From Peribolospora baueri (Eukaryota): 64,000 nt of DNA. Every line of letters begins with the position of its first letter. The stretch's first letter is position 1. The stretch is from contig JAMDHS010000002.1 of NCBI GenBank assembly GCA_029717555.1, positions 310,001-374,000 on the forward strand, written 5' to 3'. Shown in pieces: positions 1-11,900 of this stretch. A program made the translations under genes and the position numbers. The notes below the pieces were generated by a model. It saw only the letters and a list, made by a program, of their open reading frames with translations. It was not told the origin of the DNA and searched no databases.

Positions 1-155
1 GTAAAACCCGACCGACCCACGTCGGCAACCCCGCCCTCACAGAGATGAGATAGAAAGACAGACAAAAAGGGCAAACCAGGCAGACAGGCAGACAGGTAGA
101 CAAACAGAGAGACAGACAGATAGAGCAGTGCGGAAAGAGCGAGCGAGAAGCAGGT

Positions 156-1618
156 TCAGTAGAACCCATGCCTAGCGTACCCTCTCCCTCCGCCGCCCTG
201 CCCTCCACCAATCAGAGGCATCCTCGGACCGGCACCGGCGGGCGACATCAATGGGCCATTAGGTCCCCACCCTTCGAGAGGAGGAGCGGGAGAAGCAGCC
301 GACGCCGCGGGCTGGCCGCCTCCCCTGGCCAGTTCGTACGTCGTGCCCTCGGCGGTGCCAAAGGCGTTTTGCCGTGCTGGACGGGGTGCGTAAACGGGCG
401 AGCTGCCGCCGCCGCCGCCGCCGCCACCATAGCCGCCCATGTCGGCTCCGTATCCACCACCACCGCCGCCGTTGGCAGCGTACGAATACGGCGGCTGATG
501 GTGCATCGGCGGATGTCCGGTCTGCACACTGCTCGAGCCGCCGTAGGCCATGTCTCGTGGAGACGAGGCGTCGAGAGGGGAAAGCGAAGGGTCGGCGGCG
601 CGGACGGTGCCGCGGCGGGAGGTGCCGACGGGCGCGTTGGGTGTGCCGTACAGGCTTCGGCGCTTGGACATGGTCGAGGCGGAGTTGGGGTGGTTGTGGT
701 TGTGGGGCGGGTGGGGGACGAGCGTGGTGGTGCTGTTGGCGGCCAAGGTGGCCGTGCTCGCCCCGTTGAGGGACGTCGTGCTTTCGCCGGTGCTCGACGG
801 ACCAGGGCGCATGTCTCCGCCGTCGTGGCCGCCAGGAGAGTGATGAGGCCGGTGGGGATATACGTTTGCGTATCCGTTAGGGGGGTATTGAGAAGAGCTG
901 GCGCCGGCGCGCCTGTCGGGCGGCGAGGATGAAGAGTAGTCATGAGGGCCCAAGAGCTGCCTCTTGCTGCCCATGGCGGGGGAGGCGGGAGGAGTAGCTT
1001 GCTGAAATGGCACCCAAGCGGCTGTGGCGGAGCCGTCGACGCCCCGAGGGGGCGGCGGCCTGAGCTTATTGTCGAGACGGTCCATGGGGAGCGCTTCGGT
1101 GCTCGGAAAGGGGCTTCCCGTGCCGCCGACGCGTTGGGCGGGGTATGATGGCTGATGCCTGCGCGAGGGCGCGGCGCCTGGCTTGGGCAAGGAGCGGTTG
1201 GAGAAGAGGATGCTGCAGAGGATAAGAACGATGAGGATGGCTATGATAACGATGAGGACCATGTCGAAGGTGAAGAAGTACGAGGTGGAGAAGGAAGTGG
1301 CGCTGAAGGCGAAAGAAGGTTGGGAGGGGGGCAAAGGGGCGGGCAGACGTCAGCGGCAATGTGAGAGCGCGAGACAGCCCCATCTGGCCTGGCCACTCAC
1401 ATGCTGCCGGGGCCGATGGACGGCCTGGCGGACGCACTTGCGCTATGCTTCTTGGTGTGGGACGAGGTGGTTTGGGAGGATGCGCGAGCGACCAGAGTCC
1501 GTGTGGCCTCGTGGGAGGCGTCGGTGAGCATCCTGACGACGGCGGCGCGCGTTGTGGAGGAAGGCGCCGTGGCGGTGGCCGACGTGGAAGGAGAGAAGGC
1601 GGCGAGGGAAGCAGGCAT
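156..1618 (-). CDS. Hypothetical single-pass membrane protein with Pro/Gly/Ser-rich cytoplasmic tail (2 exons)
   Basis: ATG at 1618 (MPASLAAF...). A GTGAGT donor at 1400, CTGAC branch and CAG acceptor at 1303-1305 join in frame to ORF 156..1334. One hydrophobic stretch MVLIVIIAILIVLILCSILF. Confidence 0.65.
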
Positions 1619-3359
1619 GGGCGGGGCGTGCTGGCCATAAGGGAAACTTGGTGGGCGACGGACGGTGTGAAAGGCGGCTGGGGCATTCATGATTACGGAG
1701 ACGTGGCGGTCAAGGAGCGTGGGTGAAGGGAATGTCGGTCGCGCAGCGACAGCGAAAGCAGGCAAGGGTCCCGGTGGAGTGGACGAGGCAAAAGGAGTGG
1801 GAGCGAAGAAGGAGCGGAAAGCAGGCGGAGGCGAGGGACGGGCCAAGCTGGCTAGGATATCTTTTGGAAGGGGGAGGGGTGACGGTGACGGTGGTGCGAG
1901 GAGCGGGGTGCTGATCAGCACACGCGCACGGCCTGGCTGGCTGTCGGCGTTGGCGTTGGCGACGGTGTCAGCGTCGGTGTATGGGAGCTTAGTGAGGGAG
2001 GGATGGAGGAAGAAAGATAGACGATGAGAGTCGATGACGACGACGACGACGACGACGAGCGGCTGTTGGCGCGACGGGAAGACCGCGCGCAGCACGCAGC
2101 GCCCAAGGCGACTGAATCGAGTCGGCGACTTGACGTCGACTTTGGACCGTCTAACTAATTCCTTTAATATTAACGGCGGCCCTCGCTTCCACCTCCATTC
2201 CATTCCATTCCAGCCAGCCAGCCAGCCACGACGCGCCACGTTCCGAGAGGGGGCAGGGCAGGGCAAAGAGGGGGAGTGGGAGGAGGCAACAAACAGGAAA
2301 CGGGGGGACGAGAATCAAAGCAGAATGAGTGCTGGCTACGTTCTGCCTCGCTCGACGCTCCCGTTGCAAGATGGAGAAGAGAAGCAGGTACAGTACTCGC
2401 TCCCCGACGCTAATCGTCACTGCCCACGATCATCTCGTCCTGGCATATCATAGGCTATGCGTTAAAACAAAGACGACGACGGGCAAGCGCGTGCCCCGGG
2501 CGGGAAGCGAGGGAGCGCCAAGGCCAAGGGAAAGGAAGGGAAGAGGGAGCAAGCAAGTCTTCTTCGCGTAGTCTCTGAGGTTCCTGCTTCCATTCTAGGT
2601 CTTTATGAACCCAGAAGGGAAGCGGACAAGGGAAGACGACGACGGACGGCGAGCCGGTGGGTAAATAACTCGAGAGGGTGCAGCGCAGCGTCTACGTGGA
2701 CGACCCGCTGCCGCCAACGTCTCCCTTCTCGTTTCCTGAGCAAGAAAGAGATCATATCATGTACAGAGAATGTCATGAGCGAGCTAGGTCCCAAGCTGGA
2801 TGGAAATCAGCATTGAATCCATATGCCTCCTTCGGGCAAAGGAGTTGCTTGGGACAAGGAGAGTGGCATGTTCCTTCATGCACCCCCATGGATGGGCCCC
2901 GGGTGGTCATCTATCTCCCCTTCCATCTACCCTCCTGTCCAGAGATAGAGACACGCACGCACGTACTTGAAAAACGATCGTCGCTGCCGTCGAGGGAAGC
3001 AAAACGCAAAACGCTATCCCGGTCTTCGCTTGGCGCCTCGGGGAGGACAGGAGAGGACGATCGAGACACCACCCCCAACCAACGCCGACGATCCTTTTCT
3101 TTCTATCTTGCCTTTTTCACCCCTTGTCTCCTCTCGTCTCCTCCCTCTCCACTCCCCTCCGCTCCCTTCTCCGCCGTGCCGTCGGTCGTCGTCGTCGTCG
3201 TCCATCGCTCCTGCTGGCCGCCCATCCTCCCCTCCCCGTCCCGCGATCGAATTTGGAAATCGACCCGCCCCGCGGTCGGCGGACAACCAGCGACGATCGT
3301 CGGCCTCGCGTTCCTCGTCCCAGACCTTGACCCTGACTGACTTGCAACCAACGCCATCC

Positions 3360-3388
3360 GACTCGGACTCGGACTCGGACTCGGACTC
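3360..3388. repeat. (GACTCG)n hexanucleotide microsatellite
   Basis: gactcggactcggactcggactcggactc read directly. Confidence 0.85.
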
Positions 3389-3577
3389 ATCGCCTCCCTG
3401 CTACCACCACTCCTTCGCTATCACCATCCCGCGACACCTCCCCGCCCCCCACCTTCTCTTCGTCCGCCTTCACTCTTTACCAACACCCCCGCGCGCGGAC
3501 GCCGTAGCTGTCTGTTCAAGCCCAGCAGACCAAAAGCCCAAGCCCAAGCCCAAGGGAGGCCCACGCACGCACGCGCC

Positions 3578-4367
3578 ATGACCGTCTCGTCCGTCCGATT
3601 CCGAGGCACACCCCCCGTCGTCGTCCGGCTGGCCGGACGGGCGTTGGACGAGCTTTTGGTGCCGAGGGACACGGACACGAAGGAGGCCGATAAGTGAGTC
3701 CCCTCGTTTTGCCATGCCGTCTCGTTTCGCCATCGTCTTAGACAGTACACGCGCTTTCGCATGTCGGACGGCTGACCTAACGGACCATCGCACTTTTCTT
3801 TGGCACGCACACACCTCGCAGTAAGAAAAGCCAAGCGGAGCACACCAAAAAGGTGACCATCATCGGCATCGTTGGTGAGTGAAAGCCCGCTTCCCATACC
3901 CTGCCCCGCCCACTCCTGACCTCCTTCCTCCCATTTCAACGTCGTTCCCTCTCTCCAACGCCCCACCAGTCGGCTGCATCGCCGCCGCCCTCATCCTCCT
4001 CGCCCTCTTCCTCTACTTCCAACGCCGTCGAGGCGAGCGTCAAGCCCGTCGACGCAGGCTCGCCGCCGGCTTTGCCACGGCCCAAGAGGAGCTCGCGTAC
4101 CAGCAGGCCAGGGAGGAGGCCGAGGGCGATGCCGAGCTGCCTTGGTTGCGCGCCAACAGGAGTCGCAGCGTCGCCGCTTTCCCGTCTGCTTCGGACAGCG
4201 GGTTCGTCGGCAACGGAGGAGACCATCCTGGCACCGGTACTGGTCCCCGTGCGCCGACCATTAGATCGGACTGGGAGAGCGGCAGGCAGGCATGGAACGA
4301 GGAGGGTAGGCCGCCGCCGGACTATCGCTCCGCCGCTCTTGGAAGGCCTGCACCCGGCCCGATCTAG
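3578..4367 (+). CDS. Single-pass membrane protein with C-terminal PPxY motif (paralog A)
   Basis: Exons 3578-3693, 3822-3874 and 3970-4367 with GT-AG introns splice in frame: MTVSS...LVPRDTDTKEADNKKSQAEHTKKVTIIGIVVGCIAAALILLALFLYFQRRR...LPWLRANRS...PPPDYRSAALGRP. Confidence 0.75.
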
Positions 4368-5055
4368 CCTAGCCTAGTCTTCTTAAGACGGGCTCCTTTC
4401 CGGCGTGTGCAAAAGCTTCGGCGTACGACTTCGCCGCGCCCGTGCACCTGATGCTATATGCCTGCCGCCGGTGGTGACGCCGCTCTTCCATCCCTCACCA
4501 TATCCTCCATTCGTTCCTCAGGACTCATCCGGCTTGTCACCGTCACCGTCACCGTCGCCGTCGCCGTCAAACTTTGCTTTCCTTCCCTCGCCTTCCACTC
4601 TCATTTCCCAACACCGGACCTTGGCTTCTTCCTTCCTTCCTTCCTCCTTCTCGCTTTCGCTTCGCTGGGCAGGCAGTGCCGCTCGATCGACGCTTGACCA
4701 TCACCCCCACCGACTACCAACCACCGACCACTTACACTTACTTGTACCACGTGCATCTTGTACCCTTACCCACTCCGCTCCGCTCCCTTGCCGTCTCAAT
4801 TCTCAATCTCACTCTGACTCTGGTCCTGTTTCCCTGTCACTGTCGCCGGATTCCAAGCGACGGTATCAGGGCAAATGCATCGCGCCCAGTAGAGGGCAGA
4901 GACGAGAGAAGAGGAGCGAAAAGGGGCGCCATAGAGGCTGCTGCGGAGGGAGGGAGAACTGCTGACGGAGGAGGTGGCCGCGGGTCGGTCATGGCGAGCG
5001 GAGCGGGTCGCAACGCAAGGGATCGTCATTTCGAGCACACTACACTGTTGCACCA

Positions 5056-5080
5056 GTTGCGTTGCGTTGCGTTGCGTTGC
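5056..5080. repeat. (GTTGC)5 microsatellite
   Basis: Five perfect copies, intergenic. Confidence 0.9.
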
Positions 5081-5842
5081 CGGTTTGCGGTTCGGTGCGA
5101 AATCCGTATTCCGTATGCTGGCATGCGGGCATACAGGCACTTCTTTCCTTCGTCCGGTCAGTTACGTCTCCTAATATCTTTACCGGTAACGGATGTAAGG
5201 GGTGGACGTGTACGTGTACGTTCGTTTACACAAGCGCGGGCTAGGGCGGTGGTTGTCCTTTTTTTTTTTTCGGGCTGCGCGGACGATGGTGATGGCGGGG
5301 GCGAAGGGCGTGATGGTGATGGTGGTGGAGGACGAGGGCGCGACTGCGAGGGAGGGGGACGAGAAGGGGGGAGGTGATCCCGTGTGCGTGTGGGCGATGG
5401 CGGGGCGAAACCCAAATCGAGTCTTCCTTCCTTGTAGGACCGCTCGTTCGGCACTGCCGACGGCGAGAACGGCGAAAGCGCGCTTTCGAGCTAACATTTA
5501 TCATACCGGCATATATGTAGATGGATGGCACGGAGTAGATAAAAGAGCAGAGAAGAGCGCGTCCGGTTAGGAACTACAGTACAGCGGCCACTCGGGCAGA
5601 GAGCATATTCGGCGGACGAAGCGGCGGCGAGGTCAGAACCCCAACTCGGGCCGGCTCCCAAGTCGCCGCCGCTGCTGCCATGGGTGGGAAGCGTCAGCGC
5701 GTCGGCCAGCTCGCTCGTCCTCCTCCGATGGTGGAGGCTGTCGCGCTTGGCCGCCGCGGAGGGGAGGGCGCCGTCCAAAGTCGAAGAACGGAAGGAGAGG
5801 AGGGAGAAGGAGGAGAAGAGAGAATCTCTCGGGGAGGAGAGC

Positions 5843-6753
5843 TCATAGGCACGGGGAAAGGTGGAGTAGGGCGGGCTGGCCGTGTCCGTCGCGCTGTGAC
5901 GGGAATGGGACCGCGGTGGGGAGCAATGCGAAGGTGAGTGAGATAGCTGGGTCGGCGGGCAAAAAGGGAGGCGGCCGGTCGTCGTCGTCGTCGAGCGACA
6001 ATCGGTCCCAGGAAGGCCAGCGCGGCGTGCTCTCGTCACCGTGAAGCGACGGACTGGCAGAGAAGAGGACGACAGGCCTGCCGAGGGCGGCCATCTCGTA
6101 CGTCGGCGGAGGTACGCCTCGGTCGTTGAACGCCTCCCGGCCGCTCTCGGCATCCGAACAGACGCTCGTCCTGCGCACCCGTCCGCCTCGCTCGGGACGG
6201 TCGACGAGCGAGCGAAGCATGTCGTCCATGGTTTCCACGTTTCCAGAACGGTTGGGCCGGAGCCAGGGCAAGTCCTCGTCGCCCATCTCGTCGTCCCAGT
6301 GACAATGTCCGTCGCCTCCGGAGGCTGCTGCCAGCTTGGCCTTGCGCTCTTCTGACCGGCGCTGGGAATAGAGGGCCACGACGACGACGAGGGCGGCGAA
6401 GATGACGCCAACGACGATGGCGAGGATCATGACGTAGCGATGGCTCGGAGGACCGCGGTCTCTGACGCGATTGAGGGCGGCCGAGAAAAAAAAAAGACGA
6501 GGAAGAATGGCGAGAGTGGAGGCAAAGTTAGCCAGACCGGTCGCGGGATCGACGCAGAGCTCGGGTCAACCAGCTGGACAGCTGATCCATCGTCAGCATG
6601 GCCCTGCCAACGGCGGCTCCACATCCCCTCTACGCAACCTCCCTCCTCTCTCCATTCGATCGACAAAGAGGTAAAAACTCACGCGTCCTTACCCAATTCA
6701 TGGACGCCGTCCCTTGCGGCCAATGATGTCGGCTGTGACAGCGGAAGCGGCAT
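5843..6753 (-). CDS. Single-pass membrane protein with PPxY motif (paralog B)
   Basis: ORF 5843..6430 (MILAIVVGVIFAALVVVVALYSQRR...LPWLRPNRS...PPPTYEMAALGRP) extends to a CAG acceptor at 6462-6464 with CTAAC branch and pyrimidine tract. A GTGAGT donor at 6682 links in phase to exon 6683-6753 (MPLPLSQPTSLAARDGVHELGKD). The first exon is less certain than the main exon. Confidence 0.7.
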
Positions 6754-8158
6754 CCACATCCGCCGCCTCCTCCTCCTCGCTACCACTCGTCCGATCCCCA
6801 GCAGCGCCTCCATGCGCAGACCCTCTCCTCCCCTCCGCCCCCCGCCCGCGCGCGTCTCCATCGGTAAACTCTGCCTCCTCGCCGACGAGCCATCCCTCCT
6901 TCCACTCCGCCCTGCACGACGGGCACGTTCCGTGCGTTGACAAGTAGCGCGAGGCGCAATGGTCGTGTAGTCGGCAGGAGCATCGAGGTGTCTTGCAGGC
7001 GACGCCCTGGGGGCAGGTACGTTGGGGTGCGAAGGAACAAGGTGCAAACAACCACGTCAGACGGTCGTCCAATCCTGTCATCGTCGCTGCCATCCGATGC
7101 CACGCCGCCGGGACGCACCTTGGTCAAGATGTCCATGCAGAGCGTGCACTCGAGCACGTTGTCCTCGTATTCGCTCTTGAGGTACGATTGGAGCTCGAGG
7201 ATGGCGCGGGAGGACAGCGAGTAGAAGCCTCGGCTGGTGGGACGGAGGAGAGGAGCGCGTCAGGGATTCGCGAACCGGGAAGCAGAGGGTCAAAGGGCGT
7301 ATGGAGGCTATCACTCCACTCACCGGCTCTTGATCAACCACCTCCTCCTGACCAAGCTGGTGAGAAGCGCCTCGGCGGAGGCCTTGGTCATCGGCGGGGT
7401 GAGACGGGAGGACTGGCTGAGGATGGAGATAGCGGAAGCAGAGAAGGCTTCGTTTGGGGCGGTCATGATGAGCTCGATCTAATGAGGTGGGACGAGGAAA
7501 CGAATAGGATACGAGTTCAGTCGTCCATGGGCAGGTGCACGACCGTGTATGAGGTGAAGAGAAGAGAGACGTACGATCTTCTTCACCATGGCGAGCTCTT
7601 GCGGGGAGTATTCCGAGGCCACTTGGGCGATCTCGTCGCCTTTTGTGTTTACCTGTCGGAGTTCGAGCGGACGACGTGGGAAGTGGGGAAGGGCAGATGA
7701 GAAGGGTGAGAGACTCGCTGAATTCAGTTCGTTCGTTCATCGTCGCCCCACACGCGGTGACGAAAACCTAACTCAAGTGCGCCGCGCCTCCGGCACACTC
7801 ACGAGAGCGAGAACGGGAAAACCATGAACCTGGTCTACGAAACGACGGATCTCGAAGCCGAGAGGAGAGATGGAGCGGTTGACGGTGTCGAGGAAGGAAG
7901 GGAAGGCGGTCGGTGTGTAGGGCGCTGCGTCGGAGGGATTCGGGGAAGAGGGGGGAGAAGACGGCGGCTCGTTGGTGTTCGTCTTCGTGACCCCATCCAT
8001 CCATCGATCCCATGGCCTCGGCTGGGCGCCGGTCGGGAGGGCTCACCGTCACAGAGCTTGCAAGCCCTCTCGTGCAGCGCTTTGGCGTGCTTCTCGGCGA
8101 GAGAGCGATGCGTGAAGACGGCTTGGAGCCAGAGCTTGCGGGCCGTGCTTTCGCTCAT
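6698..8158 (-). CDS. NSE1: Smc5/6 complex non-SMC element 1 (winged-helix + RING-like)
   Basis: N-terminus RKLWLQAVFTHRSL. C-terminal RING variant spread over exons: LECTLCMDILTK / GVACKTPRCSCRLHDHCASRY...CPSC...W. Confidence 0.85.
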
Positions 8159-8925
8159 CCTATCCGATCCGGTCCTAATAAGATGAAGGGGAGGATCGTA
8201 TGGGAGGAGCGGGGATCGAGGACGCGGGTGCGCGTTGATGAAGGTGCGCGCTGATCAAGTGTACACGAGTATGCGATTATGCGAGTACGCGGGTACAGGC
8301 GTCGTCGTATAGCAGGCGCACCTGGATGCGACCGCGGAGGAGAACGCCGACTGCGGCTGCTGCGGCTGGTCGCAGGAGACGTAAGGCGTTGTATGCTGTA
8401 TGTTGTATGTTGTACGTACATGGGGCGACTAATGAGTGTTAGGTACGGTATACGGACACGCGCGCACGTACACGCAGGTCTTGGCCTGGCCAGTGAGAGA
8501 GAGCGTGGAGGCGGCGGCGCTGGTCTGGATGCCTTCAGTCTCTCCGTCACGCTTCCATCCATCTCGTCGTCCATCCATCACCCGCTTAGCGGACGACCAC
8601 CACGACGACCACGCCGACCGCATCCACATCCACTTCTTTCAATTCCTCCACTTCCCCTTTCGCTTTTCTTCTCTCTGCTCCCCCTCGTCCGTCGTTGCCG
8701 CTCGCTCGCTCCCCCTCGCGGCTGGCCTCGCAGTGCGACCCGTCGGCAAGAAAACCAGGCCAAGGCCCCCCCGCGCGTTTCCCACCGGCGTCACCACCCC
8801 TCGAGATCGCCAGTCACGACAACGTGGTGGAGCAAGAAGACCAAAAGCCCCCGGCGTCCGCGTCGACGACGAGCGTAGCGCACGCGAGGGGCGGCCGTCG
8901 GCGCATCATCCCCTAGCCGAGGAGG

Positions 8926-11900
8926 ATGCAACCTGTCGACGAGGGGCCGGAGCGCCGCCAACACCACCACCGACGGCTCAGCTCACGCAAGGAGAACCCC
9001 CAAGGTCGGCCTCCGCTCGACGAGCCGCCACAGCCGTCGTCGTCGTCGTCGTCGCTGCCCACGTCGGCCGCGGAACGTCGCCGCGACGCAGACCACCACC
9101 ACCAACGCCAAGATCAACAGCAGGGGCAGGAGCAAGACCAAGACTTAGGTCGAGAGCAACCATCGCATCGTCACCTCGGCCTCCGTACTCGCTCAAAGCC
9201 CGAGAACCCCGTCACACCCAACACCTCCACCTCCGACCTCTCCTCCGTCGCCTTCGAGAACTCCCCCCCCCCTCCTAAGCGCGCCTCTGTGGCCGTCTAC
9301 CACCAGCACCCCCGAGACATCGCCATCGCCGCCCGCGTCAGGTCCAACGGCGCCCTCTCTACCGTCGCCTCATCGGCATCCGGACCGCATGCCTCCGTCG
9401 TCGAGCCCTCTTCCCCCTCCGCCGGCTCGACGTCCACTCGTCATCCCAAGTCTCCATCTCTGCCTCCCATCGATCCAGACATTCACACACCCCTCTTCGA
9501 CGAGGCCCTCGACCCCTCCTTCACCTTCCCTCAATCTCCCGTCGATCCCAGCCCGCCCGCGTCCGCCTCCAGCCCGTCGGCCAGGTCCGGTCAGGCCAGA
9601 GCCTCGGTCGCCTTCGACGACACCGCCGCGGACGACAAGACCGTCCGCATGGTCGACCCCCAACCCCCCTCTCCCCAATCCCGACGACGTGCACCCTCGC
9701 TCCATATCTCCCTCCAGGCTCCCGTTCTGACGTCCCGCTTCTCCGCCTTCTCCTCCGTCAATCCCTCCCCCACCTCTGACCTCCCGCCTTCCTCCTCGTC
9801 TTCGAACAGCCAAGAGCGTGACGCGCTCGTCGCTTCCACCAGACCACCCCATCGCTCCACCCTTTCCGGCATGCGGGCCTCCGCCGCACGGGATGGAGAC
9901 GGCGCGTGCGCCGCGCGCTCCATCGCCGGTCTTGGCCTCGGCTTGCCCTCGTCCCTCTCCGCCCCCGCCGTGGCGCAGGTGTCTCTGGAGGAGCAAATGG
10001 CTCGAGGTCGAGAAGACGATGTCGATGCCACCGACGATGCGCCGAACAGGGAGGATGCGTCGCCAATATCCCCGTCCCGCGGAGTGTCTACAACGCCAGA
10101 CCCGCCCCCCTTTTCCTACGACCGCTCGCGTCAGATCGGGCTCGGACAGCTGGCGACGCCCCGTTGGCACTTTTCCATGTCTGACCATCCGTGGCCCGCA
10201 AGCGCTTCTAGGTCGGCAGCGCCACGGACGTCGGTGGACCAGCAGCCCTACTACGCGACGACCCACAGCGGGCCACCCTCCGCTTCGCTCGCCACCCTCG
10301 ATGGCGCGTCGTCCCGCCAGGCCGAGGCTTACAGGCATGGACGCTCCATCTCCTTCTCCGCCTCGCCCGCCCAACCCGTCGGCGGCGGCGCCGCCGGTCG
10401 CCCCCGCCAGGCGAGCGTGGCAGGTCCTGGCGCCATTGGAGCCATCGTCTCGGCGGGCGCAGACATGCCGCCCTTGCCCGTCTCCACCGGTATCGCGGCC
10501 TCGACCAGTCTGTCGGCCGTCTCTGCGCTCTCCTCTCTCGCCCGCGGATTCCACTCGTCTGATACCGGCTATGACCTCATGTCCGAACTGCACGAGTACG
10601 CCTCCGGCACGAGGGACCTCCTCTCCTCCCCCACCTACTCCATCCAGGCGCTTTCCGTGTCCGACTCAGAGTCCATGACCATTGAGCCAGAGAGCCATCC
10701 TCCTTCGGCAAAGACGGACACCTTCCCCGGTCACCAAAGCAACGGGGCAGGCGAGCGTGCCGCTGCTATCGCCGCGGAAGGAGTTCGGTCGGGTACCGGC
10801 AGCACGTTCCAGACGGCGGACGAAGGCAGCAGCAGCACCGCGACGCACGGCTTGCACTCCGCTTTTGGCGTCGGCGTCCCGCGAGCCACTGAGCCGGTCC
10901 ATCTCGCCGGCCTCGGCCTCGATACCTTGGACCACCGATCTCAGCCGCCTTCTTCGTATCGCGGCGATCCTTTCGGCCGTGGCGACGCCATCAGCAGGTC
11001 GTCGTCGAACATGTCTTCCAGGAGTGAGAGGACGAACTCGAGGAAGAGGTCGGGCGACGATTTCGCTGCCGCCGTCGCTGCTCCGGACCAGACTTCCACT
11101 TCTGCTACCGTAGCCCAGCAGCCGTCGCCGTCGCACGAGTCGTCCGTTTTCAGGACGAGCTTTGACCTTAGTGCGGCCATCGCTGAGCTCTCCAAGGGCG
11201 ACGGAAGCGGGAGCGAAGTCGGCTCGCCGAGCTTGGCGAAGCGCCGCCAACCTTCGCCTTCCAAGGTTAGCCGGCGTGCTTCGCTCGGGCACAGCAAACG
11301 CACGAGCATGTCTGGCCCGACGCGTCACAACACCGCGACCGGCCACGGCCGGTCACCGTCTTCGTCGTCCGTTTCCGCGTTCGCTTCCAAGACGGCCGGC
11401 GACCTGCTGAGCTCGAGGAGCGAGCCGCCCGACTCACCCGCCCGGAGCCCGCTTTCGCTTGACAAGTCGCCCAACGCTGCCGCCAATCGCCGCTCGCGTG
11501 CGCTGTACCCTACGCCGCCTCACACGGCCAGCGGCATGCCCGCTTCTACCACCACCGCCGGCGCCGGTCCGCAGTCGCAGTCTTCGCAGCGTCAAGCTTC
11601 TCGCTCGTCGGCCGCGTCCACCCACTCGTCCTCGCGTAGGCGTGTGTCTACCGCCAGCATAGGCGCATCCATCCTCCGAGGCTCGCTACCCTTCGGCGTT
11701 AGCGGCGAGTTCGAAGGCCTCTTTCTCGACGGCGCCGACATTTCTGGCGAGGGAGACGCGGCTGAAGCGTTGCGCAAGTTGGACGGTCTCGGTTCGAAGC
11801 CCAGCCCGAGGACCAGCAGGGACGGCTCTGGCGGTCGACCCGGAAGCAGCGGTAGGCCTGGAAGCAGCGCCGGAGCGTCTTCGAGGAAGCCTGGCAGCGC

